The notes under the pieces were generated by a model that worked only from the letters and a program-made list of their open reading frames with translations, was not told the origin of the DNA and searched no databases. A program made the translations under genes and the position numbers. Below are positions 47,568-56,566 of a stretch of DNA of 64,000 nt, one piece after another. Numbering within the stretch: position 1 is the first letter of the stretch; each line of letters opens with the position of its first letter. The DNA comes from an uncultured Bacillota bacterium (GTDB lineage Bacteria; Bacillota; Clostridia; Christensenellales; UBA1242), in the NCBI GenBank assembly GCA_900544595.1, contig UQVQ01000004.1, positions 64,275 to 128,274 of the forward strand, given 5' to 3'.

Positions 47568-47957
47568 ATGGAAGAAATTAAAAAGGAAAAAATTGTTGAA
47601 CTTAACCCGCTTTCGCTTGCCTCGGTTGGCGATGCTTTCCACACTCTTTTTGTTCGCAAAAGCATTTTAAAGGCACGCGATTTGCCGGCGAATAAACTTC
47701 ATCTTGAATCCTCAAAAATTTGCTGCGCAAAAACTCAAGCGAAGGCGTTTGATAAAATTTTTGATTCGTTAAATGAGGACGAAAAATCAATTGCGCTTCG
47801 CGCTAGGAACCATAGAAGTCACGCGGTTAAAAGTTCGTCGCAAATTGAGTATAAAAAGGCAACAGCATTTGAAGCGGTTTTGGGATATCTATTTTTAACC
47901 GGTCAAAATGAAAGAGCAAGCGAAATTGCAAAAATTTCGATGGAGGAAAATTTATGA
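47568..47957 (+). CDS. mrnC: Mini-ribonuclease III
   Basis: LSLASVGDAFHTLFVR...ATAFEAVLGYLFL. Start set at MEEIKKE, the ATG at 47568. Confidence 0.85.
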   Translation: MEEIKKEKIVELNPLSLASVGDAFHTLFVRKSILKARDLPANKLHLESSKICCAKTQAKAFDKIFDSLNEDEKSIALRARNHRSHAVKSSSQIEYKKATAFEAVLGYLFLTGQNERASEIAKISMEENL

Positions 47958-48688
47958 TTATATATGGAAAAATTGCAGTTTTGGAAGCGCTTAAAAGCGA
48001 AAAAACTTTTAACAGGCTTTTAATTGACAAAAACCTGAAAGATAAAACAACGCAAGAGCTTATCGACCTTGCGCGTCAGCAAAATGTTAAAATTGATTTT
48101 TTGCCACGCGAGGCTCTTGAAAAAAAAGTTAAATCGCAGGCGGAAGGAAAAATCAATCACCAAGGAATTGTTGCGGAAGTTACGGAGTTTGAATATTCGT
48201 CAATTCAAGATATGATTGAACTAGCAAGGCAAAAAAATGAAGCGCCTTTTGTTGTTATTCTTGACGGCGTTGAGGATCCGCATAACCTAGGGGCAATAAT
48301 TCGAACAGCAGAATGTGCTGGGGCGCATGGCGTTATAATTCCAGAGCGTCGCGCGTGCTCGGTTAACGAAACAGTCCTTAAAACAAGCGCTGGGGCAGCA
48401 TCAAATGTTTTAATTGCAAGAGTTAACAACCTTTCAAACGCAATTGAAGAGTTAAAGGAAAATGGTGTTTGGGTTTATGCAGTTGAAGTTGGGGGCGAAA
48501 ATTTGTTTAAGGCAAATTTGAAAGGCGCAATTGCTCTTGTTCTTGGAAGCGAGGGGAAAGGAGTTAGTCGCCTTGTTAAAGAAAATTGCGACGGAATTTT
48601 AACAATTCCGATGTTTGGAAAAATAAACTCGCTTAATGTTTCTGTTGCTGCGGCAATTTCAATTTTTGAAGTTGTTAAACAAAAATAA
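47954..48688 (+). CDS. rlmB: 23S rRNA (guanosine-2'-O)-methyltransferase RlmB / TrmH family
   Basis: SpoU motifs LDGVEDPHNLGAIIRTA and LVLGSEGKGVS; ATGA overlap with mrnC. Confidence 0.88.
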   Translation: MIIYGKIAVLEALKSEKTFNRLLIDKNLKDKTTQELIDLARQQNVKIDFLPREALEKKVKSQAEGKINHQGIVAEVTEFEYSSIQDMIELARQKNEAPFVVILDGVEDPHNLGAIIRTAECAGAHGVIIPERRACSVNETVLKTSAGAASNVLIARVNNLSNAIEELKENGVWVYAVEVGGENLFKANLKGAIALVLGSEGKGVSRLVKENCDGILTIPMFGKINSLNVSVAAAISIFEVVKQK

Positions 48689-48802
48689 TTTTAAATAATT
48701 ATTTAAAATTTAATTAAAAACAATAAAAAAATCAAAAAATAGCGAAAAAAATAAAAAAATAGCATTTTTTGCTATTTTTTTTGATTAAAATACATTTTTT
48801 GG

Positions 48803-49888
48803 TTAATTTAATTTGAAATAGCTTTCAATAATTCCTCCGCCAAGGCATCGTTCGTTTTCGTCGTAAAGAACAACAAATTGTCCTGGGGTTATTGCGCGTT
48901 GTTTTTCGTCGAAATCAACTTTAATTCTTTTCCCCTCAAGAACTTCAACGCTAACGCCTTGGTCTGGTTGGCGATATCTAAATTTTGCAAAACATTTAAA
49001 GTTTTTTTCTTTTGGAACTTCTGGAATCCAATTGAATTCTTTTGCGTAAAGACCATTTGAAAAAAGCAAATCGTCTTCGCCTTGCGAAACAATTAGAACA
49101 TTGTTTTTAAGGTCCTTATCTAAAACAAACCAGCGCTCGCCATTTCCGCCTTTCTTCCCGCCAATATTAAGTCCGCGTCTTTGACCAAGCGTGTAAAACA
49201 TAAGTCCTTCATGAGTTCCAACAACCTCGCCGTCGGTTGTTTTAATTTGACCTGGTTTTGCAGGCAAAAAGTTCTTCAAAAAGTTTCTAAAATTCCTTTC
49301 GCCAATGAAACAAACACCCGTTGAATCCTTCTTTTTTGCGTTGGAAAGTTCAAGTTTTTCCGCAATTTTGCGAACTTCCGGCTTTTCAATTTCGGCAAGA
49401 GGAAAGATAACGCTTCCAAGTTGTTCTTGGGAAAGTTGATTTAAAAAGTAGGATTGGTCTTTGTTTTTGTCCTTTGCTTTGTAAAGATAAAATTTGCCAT
49501 CTTTTTCAACAACTTTTGCATAGTGGCCTGTTGCAATTTTGTCTGCGCCAATTTTTTTTGCGAATTCCAAAAAAGGCCCAAATTTGATTTCACGATTGCA
49601 AAGAACATCTGGGTTAGGCGTTCTCCCTTCGGAATATTCTTTAAGAAAATATTCAAAAACCCTGTCGTAATATTCTTTTGCATAGTTAACGGTGTAGTAT
49701 GGAATTCCAATTGTTTGAGAAACTCGTTTAACATCTTCATAGTCGGCTTCGCTTGTGCAAACTCCGTCGTCTTGTTCTTCCCAGTTAACCATAAAAACAG
49801 CAACAACATTTTTGCCTTGCTCTTTCAAAAGATATGCGCTTACGGCAGAGTCAACACCGCCGCTCATTCCAACAACAACAGTTTCCAT
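48803..49888 (-). CDS. mnmA: tRNA 2-thiouridine(34) synthase
   Basis: VVGMSGGVDSAVSA PP-loop. Confidence 0.92.
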   Translation of the reverse strand: METVVVGMSGGVDSAVSAYLLKEQGKNVVAVFMVNWEEQDDGVCTSEADYEDVKRVSQTIGIPYYTVNYAKEYYDRVFEYFLKEYSEGRTPNPDVLCNREIKFGPFLEFAKKIGADKIATGHYAKVVEKDGKFYLYKAKDKNKDQSYFLNQLSQEQLGSVIFPLAEIEKPEVRKIAEKLELSNAKKKDSTGVCFIGERNFRNFLKNFLPAKPGQIKTTDGEVVGTHEGLMFYTLGQRRGLNIGGKKGGNGERWFVLDKDLKNNVLIVSQGEDDLLFSNGLYAKEFNWIPEVPKEKNFKCFAKFRYRQPDQGVSVEVLEGKRIKVDFDEKQRAITPGQFVVLYDENERCLGGGIIESYFKLN

Positions 49889-49903
49889 GTTTTTATTTCA
49901 CCT

Positions 49904-50533
49904 TTAATTTTTTTCTTCTGTATTATTATTTTCAATAATAATTTCATTATTTAATTGATTTTCTTGATTTTTTTCGCTATTTTTTGCTTTATTTTTAATT
50001 TTTTTGTCTTTTTTCTTTAATTTTTTCTCTTTATTTTCAACGATTGTTTCTTTAAGTTTTAATAAATTTTCGTCAATTGCAACCGGGATTTTATATTTTT
50101 CAAAAAATATTGCAAAAAAATCGGACACCCAAAATATTAAAACGCATGAACCGGGAATTATAACAAGAAGATATAAATATGTCCAAACATTTGTTCCATA
50201 AAGAGTGTCTGTTAAAATAACCATAACAAGCGAGAGAATAAGCCCGAAAAGCGAAACTGCGCCCTTAAAGAATCTCCCAAGATAAAAATTGTGCGCACCT
50301 GTGAAACCTAAAAAACCGCAAAGCAAAAGAGCGGTTGTTTTTTTTGCGTCGTATGGCCAATCGTTTGTTCGAATTGTGTCTCGTCTGTTGCCCTTAAGAA
50401 TAAGCTTTTTAGCAGTTTTGTTTGAAGTGTAGTTAAGACGTTCAAAAATTAAACCGCATTCATGGCACGATTTTTCGTGGGAAAAACATTTTTCGCCGCA
50501 TCTTGGGCATTTTCTATACATTGAATTTTTCAC
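49904..50533 (-). CDS. Zinc-ribbon plus TM2-domain membrane protein
   Basis: CPRCGEKC...CHECG, then LLCGFLGFTGAHNFYLGRFFKG. Confidence 0.65.
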   Translation of the reverse strand: MKNSMYRKCPRCGEKCFSHEKSCHECGLIFERLNYTSNKTAKKLILKGNRRDTIRTNDWPYDAKKTTALLLCGFLGFTGAHNFYLGRFFKGAVSLFGLILSLVMVILTDTLYGTNVWTYLYLLVIIPGSCVLIFWVSDFFAIFFEKYKIPVAIDENLLKLKETIVENKEKKLKKKDKKIKNKAKNSEKNQENQLNNEIIIENNNTEEKN

Positions 50534-50569
50534 GCTTTAAGTTTAAAACATAGAGCGTTAAATGTCAAA

Positions 50570-51304
50570 CTAATTTATTTCAAAGATATCGACAATTTTC
50601 GATTCAAAGAAACTTGCGCCAAAAACTTTTGCTTCGTTTTTAAAGAACAGAACGACGCTTGGATTTGAATAGTAATTAACAATTTTGCAGTCGTCGAATT
50701 TTCCAAAATACTGCTCAATTGTTTCTTTGCTTAAAGTTTCGGAAAGCTTTGGCGAAAGTAAATTTTTTGCATAGTCAAAATCATTTGCCGCAATTGATTC
50801 AAAAAAATCGAGAAGAAAAAGTTCGGTTTGAAGTTCGCGTTTTTCCTTGTTAAGATAGACATAATATTCTTCGGTTTGACAAAGACAATCTTCTCCTGGG
50901 GCAAAAATTTCAACTTTTGCGCGCCCTGCCATGTCTTGCATGAAACAAAGACGTTTAATTTTTCCGCTTTCAACTTCAATTTTGTTTCCCTCGAACTCAT
51001 TTGACGAAGCAGAAAGCGGAAATAACTTTAAAATATAATTTTCTTCGGGAAGAGAAAAAAGTTTTGCAAATTTGCTTTCAAGTTTAAGTTTTTCGTTTGC
51101 GCTGGAAAATTTAAGAGAGTATGGCAAAAATTTTTTAGTGTTTTGCGGATAGACGTTTATTTTTAAATCATTTAAATCTTTTATTTCAAGATTTAGCTCG
51201 TCGCTAAGAATTTCTTGCGAGCAACATGAAAAAATTTCTTTTTCGGAGCTAAAAAATTTAAGGGCAACAGGAAAATCTTTTAAAATATGCAATATGCAGT
51301 TCAT
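50570..51304 (-). CDS. Hypothetical protein
   Basis: 244-aa ORF; no motif recognised. Confidence 0.45.
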   Translation of the reverse strand: MNCILHILKDFPVALKFFSSEKEIFSCCSQEILSDELNLEIKDLNDLKINVYPQNTKKFLPYSLKFSSANEKLKLESKFAKLFSLPEENYILKLFPLSASSNEFEGNKIEVESGKIKRLCFMQDMAGRAKVEIFAPGEDCLCQTEEYYVYLNKEKRELQTELFLLDFFESIAANDFDYAKNLLSPKLSETLSKETIEQYFGKFDDCKIVNYYSNPSVVLFFKNEAKVFGASFFESKIVDIFEIN

Positions 51305-51388
51305 ACCATAAGTTTATTCAATAAAAATTTAAAAATGTTTATTTTTCTTTTTTAGTGTTAATAATTCAACTATTGAAAAGGAGAAAAA

Positions 51389-52252
51389 ATGAAAAAATAT
51401 TCAAAATGGGACGACGCGCAAATTAAAAAACTTTTTTCAGTTGTTGAAAAAACAAAAAATGAAAACAAAAGTTTGCTTGAAGCTTTCAAAATTTTTGCTA
51501 AAAAAACCGGAAGAAAACCCAATAGTGTTAGAAATTTCTACTATCAGGAAGTTGATAATCTTAAAAACAACGTCGGCAGAGCCGAGGAGCTTGAAATTTG
51601 CGCCAACAGTTATAACGTTAATGCTGCAAAAAAGTTTTCCAATGACGAAACAAAAAAACTTATTAAAGAAATTTTGCGTCAAAAATGCCTTGGAAACTCG
51701 GTTAGAAAAGCGTGCCTAAACCTGGCAAATGGCGACGCGGGAAAAATGATTAGATATCAAAATAAATTTCGAAGTGTTCTTTGCGGGAATAAAAGTTTAT
51801 ATTCCGAATGTTTGGAAGAGCTTCGAAAAGAAGGTCTTGGCGAAAAAGAAATTAAAAGAAATAATGTTGTTTTTATGAAAAAACAAGAAGAGAAGAAGCT
51901 TTCCGATGACGACATTAACAGCCTTTTTCTTGGACTTATTCGCCTTGTTAAAAGAAGCGCTGCGCAAACGGCTGCAAAGGAATTTGAAAACGAAAGCGAA
52001 TTTGCCTCAAATGCTCTTCGAAATGCACTTTCAAAGCTTGCTCTTGCAAATCAAAAAATTGAAACGCTTTCCTGCGAACTTGAAAAGGTTAAGGGGCGCT
52101 CTTCTCGTCTTGAAGAGGAAAACATTAAACTAAAAACAAAAATCGCTCATTATTTGAGCGATCGAGTTGTTCAATCAAACAAAAGCAAATCTCTTGCAAA
52201 ATATTTACGAGAAATGAAGCAAAATGGAGCAGAAATTAAAACTAAAATCTAA
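51389..52252 (+). CDS. Putative Myb/SANT-like (RsfA-like) DNA-binding protein with C-terminal coiled coil
   Basis: KWDDAQIKKLFSVV...LLEAFKIFAKKTGRKPNSVRNFYYQEV, then a second similar unit. GGAG SD. Confidence 0.4.
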   Translation: MKKYSKWDDAQIKKLFSVVEKTKNENKSLLEAFKIFAKKTGRKPNSVRNFYYQEVDNLKNNVGRAEELEICANSYNVNAAKKFSNDETKKLIKEILRQKCLGNSVRKACLNLANGDAGKMIRYQNKFRSVLCGNKSLYSECLEELRKEGLGEKEIKRNNVVFMKKQEEKKLSDDDINSLFLGLIRLVKRSAAQTAAKEFENESEFASNALRNALSKLALANQKIETLSCELEKVKGRSSRLEEENIKLKTKIAHYLSDRVVQSNKSKSLAKYLREMKQNGAEIKTKI

Positions 52253-53109
52253 ACTTCATTTTCGCAAAGGAAAAGAACTCCAAGACAGTTTTTTCCGCAG
52301 TGGCTTGCAATTGTTGAGCCTGCAAAATTAGTTATGATTTCTTTAAACCCGCGGTCTTGAAGTTTTTTAATTAAAACTTCGTTAACTGTGGCGTTTTCTG
52401 TTGTGTAGGTTATATAAACTCTTGTTAGGTTTGGAGAAGGGTAGTCTTTCAAAAGATCATCGGTGTATTTGCTTAAAACATTTTCATATTTTCCCATATA
52501 CTTTTTGTCAACGCCCATTTTCCCATTTGCAAGTTTAATTTTTGGTTTAATCGATAAAAGATTTGCACCAAAAACAGCAAGCGCCGAGCATCTTCCGCCT
52601 TTATATAAATATCTTAAATCGTTTAAGATAAACGATGCTTGAACTTTTGAAACTTCCTCGCGTGTTTGTTTAACAACTTCTTCAAAGCTTAAACCCGCGT
52701 CAATTTTATCGGCGGCAGAAAGACAAAGAAGCCCACATCCGCTTGAAAGAGAAAGAGAGTTAATAACCTCAATTTTTCCGTTTCCAATTTCCTCGGCAGC
52801 AAGTTTTGCGTTTGAATAGGACGACGAAAGTTCGCTTGAAAGAGAAATGTGAACAACATATTCCGCGTCATATTTTGTCATTGCTTCTTGGAAGAAATCT
52901 TTATAGAATTCAATGCTTCTTGCGGCGGTTTTTGGCAAAATTCCAGTTTTGTCAACATAACTGAAAATATCCTCGTTTGTTATGTTTTGCCCGTCGATAT
53001 ATTCATCATCTCCGAGATTAACAAGAAGAGGGGAAACGGAAATTTTTCTCTTTTCCAAAAGTTCTTTCGATATGTCCGATGTGCTGTCGGTTGTTACAAT
53101 TATTTTCAT
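52249..53109 (-). CDS. DegV-family fatty-acid-binding protein
   Basis: KIIVTTDSTSDI N-terminus and typical length. Confidence 0.8.
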   Translation of the reverse strand: MKIIVTTDSTSDISKELLEKRKISVSPLLVNLGDDEYIDGQNITNEDIFSYVDKTGILPKTAARSIEFYKDFFQEAMTKYDAEYVVHISLSSELSSSYSNAKLAAEEIGNGKIEVINSLSLSSGCGLLCLSAADKIDAGLSFEEVVKQTREEVSKVQASFILNDLRYLYKGGRCSALAVFGANLLSIKPKIKLANGKMGVDKKYMGKYENVLSKYTDDLLKDYPSPNLTRVYITYTTENATVNEVLIKKLQDRGFKEIITNFAGSTIASHCGKNCLGVLFLCENEV

Positions 53110-53118
53110 TTTTTTCTC

Positions 53119-53883
53119 CTAACCAAAAATTTTGTGCCAGAAATATAAGAATATATAACTGAAATGATCTTTACTTTCATAGGCAATTATGTCAACGCGT
53201 CCAACGTAATTTTCCTTGCTTTGAGCGCCATAAGTTGAGCAATCTAAACTGAAATGACGATTGTCGCCAAGATAGAAAAGTTCGTTTTCGTCAACACTTA
53301 AAAACCAAACATTTCCAAAACTTGTTTCAATTTCTTGGAATTTCTCCTCGTTATCCCTGCGATATTCGTTCATATAGCAAAATGAGAAATACATATCGGT
53401 TCCTTCTGCAAGATAAGGCTCGTCTAAAACCTCAACAACGTTTGTTCCTTTCTTAATTAAGAAAACCTTGTAGGTTCGATAGGCAGGGCTGGATTCACTT
53501 GTTACGGCACCGATTCCAACTTTGTCGCCCCCTTTTGCAATAAGGCGCTTAATAACATATCGGTTTTTTAAACTTGCATTCGGGTTAACCATAACAATTA
53601 TATCACTGTAGTCGGCTTCGGCAAAACGATTGATGTAAACCGAGTCTTTTGGAGCGCTTTCAATTTCTTCGCCAAGGTCGTCATATTTTTGGACATTAAG
53701 AGTTGGAAGCATTGACTTCCCGTCAACAGGCGTGCAGGTGTAGATAAAAGAGAAAACAGCAACAAAGGCGCAACATATAATGAAAGTTATGAAAACAGAT
53801 TTGAACAGAAGAACTGCCCAAAGAGGAAACTTTTCTTTGTATATGTTAACCTTTTTTATGTAGTTTATTTTTTGCTGTTTCAT
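53119..53883 (-). CDS. lepB: Signal peptidase I
   Basis: DGKSMLPTL, VIKRLIAKGGDKV and GDNRHFSLD motifs. Confidence 0.85.
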   Translation of the reverse strand: MKQQKINYIKKVNIYKEKFPLWAVLLFKSVFITFIICCAFVAVFSFIYTCTPVDGKSMLPTLNVQKYDDLGEEIESAPKDSVYINRFAEADYSDIIVMVNPNASLKNRYVIKRLIAKGGDKVGIGAVTSESSPAYRTYKVFLIKKGTNVVEVLDEPYLAEGTDMYFSFCYMNEYRRDNEEKFQEIETSFGNVWFLSVDENELFYLGDNRHFSLDCSTYGAQSKENYVGRVDIIAYESKDHFSYIFLYFWHKIFG

Positions 53884-54020
53884 TGTTTGCCTTTATTAAG
53901 ATAGTATAGCCGCGAAAGGCATAAAAGTCAAATTAAATAAAAACTAAGAATGACGAAAAGATGTGTTCGACATAATATATAAAAAAGCGACAGTAATCTG
54001 CCGCTTTTTAAGTTTGTCGA

Positions 54021-54734
54021 TTAAATTTTTTGGAATTTTCCGTTTTTCTTATGAACTCTAAGATTTGCTCCGCTTGCTTCCGAAAGTTTTTCTGCAACTT
54101 CCAAGGCTTCTGCTTTTGTTGCGCATCTTTTTGAAGCGCGCGTCGACCCGGTTTTTTTAACAACCCATTCGCGTTTTTCTTTATCATATGTAACGCCATA
54201 GGTGGCTTTTTTCTCTTCTTTTTTCATTTCTGCCTCTTCTTCATTTGTTTCTTCGGCTTTCTTTTCTTCTTTAACTTCTTCCTTAGCCGCTGCCTTTTTA
54301 GGTTGTTTTTTTGCTTTTGGTTTTTCTTCTTTAATTTCTTCTTTTGCTGGTTCTTCGGTTTTTTCTTCCTTAGCAGGATTTTCTTGCCCTTCTACGGTTT
54401 TTTCTGTTTCTTGTTGTTCTTCAGTTTCTTTTGTTTCTGTTTCTACGGTTTCTTCTTGTTTATCGTCTTTTTTAACTTTTCTTTTTTTCTTAGGCTTTTC
54501 TTCAAGGTCTTCTGCCTTAACTTCTTTAATTTCCTCTTGCTTTGGTTCTTCATCGTTTGCTTGAACTGTTTCCTTTTCAGCTGCTTCTTTTGCCGCTTTT
54601 TTATCTTTCAAAATGTTTAAAATCAAAAAAACTATGCTAACAACAAAAGTTGCCGCCAAAACTCCAACAACAATCCAAACCCCGCTTCCGTTTAAAAAGT
54701 CTTCAAAACCAGAATTTAATAAATTTTTTCCCAT
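54021..54734 (-). CDS. Membrane-anchored K/E-rich protein with C-terminal DUF2188-like domain
   Basis: Start set at MGKNLL (ATG 54734, AAGGAGA SD). The longer track ORF would overlap tadA on the opposite strand. Confidence 0.55.
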   Translation of the reverse strand: MGKNLLNSGFEDFLNGSGVWIVVGVLAATFVVSIVFLILNILKDKKAAKEAAEKETVQANDEEPKQEEIKEVKAEDLEEKPKKKRKVKKDDKQEETVETETKETEEQQETEKTVEGQENPAKEEKTEEPAKEEIKEEKPKAKKQPKKAAAKEEVKEEKKAEETNEEEAEMKKEEKKATYGVTYDKEKREWVVKKTGSTRASKRCATKAEALEVAEKLSEASGANLRVHKKNGKFQKI

Positions 54735-54798
54735 AAATTTTCTCCTTATTTGTAGTTTAGCACAAAAAAGTTTAAAATCAAACCATATAATATATTTT

Positions 54799-54827
54799 TT
54801 GACAAAAATTTCATCAAGTTGTATTAT
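54799..54827 (+). promoter_or_regulatory. sigma-A promoter placed for a leaderless tadA transcript
   Basis: TTGACA 54799-54804, 17-nt spacer, TATTAT 54822-54827; ATG at 54835. Confidence 0.5.
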
Positions 54828-54834
54828 ATAGATA

Positions 54835-55272
54835 ATGAATGAATTTATGAAAGAAGCGCTTAAAGAAGCGAAAAGGGCGGAAAGAAAAGGCGAAGTTCCA
54901 ATTGGGGCAGTTATTGTTTCAAATAATGAAATTATTGCAAGAGGATTTAACAATCGCGAAAAATCTAAATGTGCAATTAACCACGCAGAAATTATTGCAA
55001 TTAAGAAGGCGTGCAGAAAAATTGGAGATTGGCGTCTTGAGAATTGCGAAATGTATGTTACGCTTGAACCTTGTTTAATGTGCATTGGAGCGATTTTAAA
55101 CTCTCGAATTAAAGCGGTTTATTTCGGGGCAAAAGACAATAAAAGTTGTAATAAAGAGTTTTTAATAAGCAAAAACAATAGTCTTAACCACAACCTAATT
55201 TTTGAAGGTGGAATTATGGAAGAGGAGTGCGCTTCTCTTTTAAAAGAATTTTTTAGAAATGCAAGAAAATAA
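54835..55272 (+). CDS. tadA: tRNA adenosine(34) deaminase
   Basis: HAEIIAI and PCLMCIGAI zinc motifs. Confidence 0.9.
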   Translation: MNEFMKEALKEAKRAERKGEVPIGAVIVSNNEIIARGFNNREKSKCAINHAEIIAIKKACRKIGDWRLENCEMYVTLEPCLMCIGAILNSRIKAVYFGAKDNKSCNKEFLISKNNSLNHNLIFEGGIMEEECASLLKEFFRNARK

Positions 55273-55316
55273 TATTAATCTAACAAGGAAAATGCTATAA
55301 TAATATAAAAAAGGAA

Positions 55317-55715
55317 ATGAATATGGAAAATAAAGACGAAACACAATTTGGAAAGGGAACAAAAATTCTTTGGCAAGACAGGAAAAGATGGTGCGGTTTG
55401 CCATGGTCGTTCACGAGATATTACATCGTTGAAAAGAAGGGAAGTTGGCTTAAACTTTTCACGTCTGTTGGACTTTTTGGCGTTCAAGAAGAAGAGGTTA
55501 ATGTCTATCGTATTTACGACTTAACCGTAACTCAATCGCTTTCAAACAGAATGTTTAACACGGGAACAATAACCTTGCATTGCCAAGCAAACAACCATGA
55601 AACGATTAACTTGGTTCGCGTTAAAGATCCATATAAAGTTCGCGCAATGCTTCAAGAACTCATTGAAAGTGAAAGAGCAAAACGCGGCAATAAATTAAGT
55701 GAGTTCACATATTAG
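55317..55715 (+). CDS. Bacterial PH-domain (bPH_2-like) protein
   Basis: YRIYDLTVTQSLSNRMFNTGTITLH...VKDPYKV pattern. Confidence 0.5.
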   Translation: MNMENKDETQFGKGTKILWQDRKRWCGLPWSFTRYYIVEKKGSWLKLFTSVGLFGVQEEEVNVYRIYDLTVTQSLSNRMFNTGTITLHCQANNHETINLVRVKDPYKVRAMLQELIESERAKRGNKLSEFTY

Positions 55716-55736
55716 TTATTGACAAAACGTATAAAT

Positions 55737-56372
55737 ATGTGTATCATTAACTTGAAATCTAAATTAAAGGGAGAAAGTATAGAACAAAAGTATAAACAGG
55801 CTAGAGGTGTTAACTTAGCAGCCGGAATTGTTGACATTGTTATTGGAGCACTTGCAATTGTTGGTCTTATCTATGCAATTGCTATTATCGCAGGAGCTTC
55901 ATCGTCAATTCCAAGCGAATATATTCCGGTTTTTGTTATGAGCATTTTGATTTATGCCGCACAAGTTGCATGTATGTTTGGTTTTGGAATTGCAACAATT
56001 TGCTATGCAAAGGAAAAAGGTCAAGCATATTGCGATAAAAAACCAAAACTTTTGTCATTTGCAATTGTTGAATCTGTTATTCTTTTCTTCTCCATCATTG
56101 GAGTTGCAACGGAATTTGATCCAACAAGTTTAGTTGCTCTTTTGCTTATGATTGCAGTTGTTGTTCTTCGTTACATTGGCTATGCTTTCACAGCGCAAGT
56201 ATCTGGAAAACTTGACCAAGAAGCACAACCAGAAGTTCAACCAGCAAAAGAAGAAGTTTCCAACGATTCAATTAACGTTGATAAACTTCAAAAGCTTACA
56301 GAACTTAAAGAATCTGGCGCAATAACAGAAGAAGAATATGAATACCTTAGAAAAAAAGAATTAGGTCTTTAA
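55737..56372 (+). CDS. Membrane protein with C-terminal SHOCT domain (start uncertain)
   Basis: Four TM segments plus LQKLTELKESGAITEEEYEYLRKKEL. The start problem is described in findings. Confidence 0.55.
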   Translation: MCIINLKSKLKGESIEQKYKQARGVNLAAGIVDIVIGALAIVGLIYAIAIIAGASSSIPSEYIPVFVMSILIYAAQVACMFGFGIATICYAKEKGQAYCDKKPKLLSFAIVESVILFFSIIGVATEFDPTSLVALLLMIAVVVLRYIGYAFTAQVSGKLDQEAQPEVQPAKEEVSNDSINVDKLQKLTELKESGAITEEEYEYLRKKELGL

Positions 56373-56380
56373 TTTAATCA

Positions 56381-56410
56381 AAAAGCAGCGCAAATAAGCG
56401 CTGTTTTTTT
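56381..56410 (+). terminator. Rho-independent terminator
   Basis: CAGCGC-AAATAA-GCGCTG plus TTTTTTT. Confidence 0.8.
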
Positions 56411-56566
56411 AATTCTTTTTATTAAAATTTTCCTATTTAAATTCCGCGAAATCTTGCGGAATTTTATTTTGAAAACAAATGATTTCGGTTGATGGAGGAG
56501 ATAAAAGTTTTAAACAACAAAAAAAGAGCAAAATCTTGCTCTTTTTTAATGTTTAAAAAGGTTTAA

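Noticed and set aside
54735-55085. 117-aa N-terminal extension of ORF 54021-55085
   Set aside because: It overlaps tadA on the opposite strand. An internal ATG at 54734 with an AAGGAGA SD gives a sensible TM-anchored protein.
3481-56548. Similar terminator stems AGAGC(A/G)AAA..TT(G/C)CTCT at 3481, 16672 and 56518, and CT(T)AGGAATTTTCCTA(A)G at 8728 and 40718
   Set aside because: These are short A/T-flanked hairpins. The similarity is limited to 6-8 nt stems and is plausibly convergent, so there is no evidence for a mobile repeat family.
56479-56556. 25-aa ORF (MISVDGGDKSF...) in the SHOCT-asnS intergenic region
   Set aside because: It has no SD and runs through the asnS terminator hairpin. 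The nearby GGAGGAG is inside the ORF, not upstream of it.
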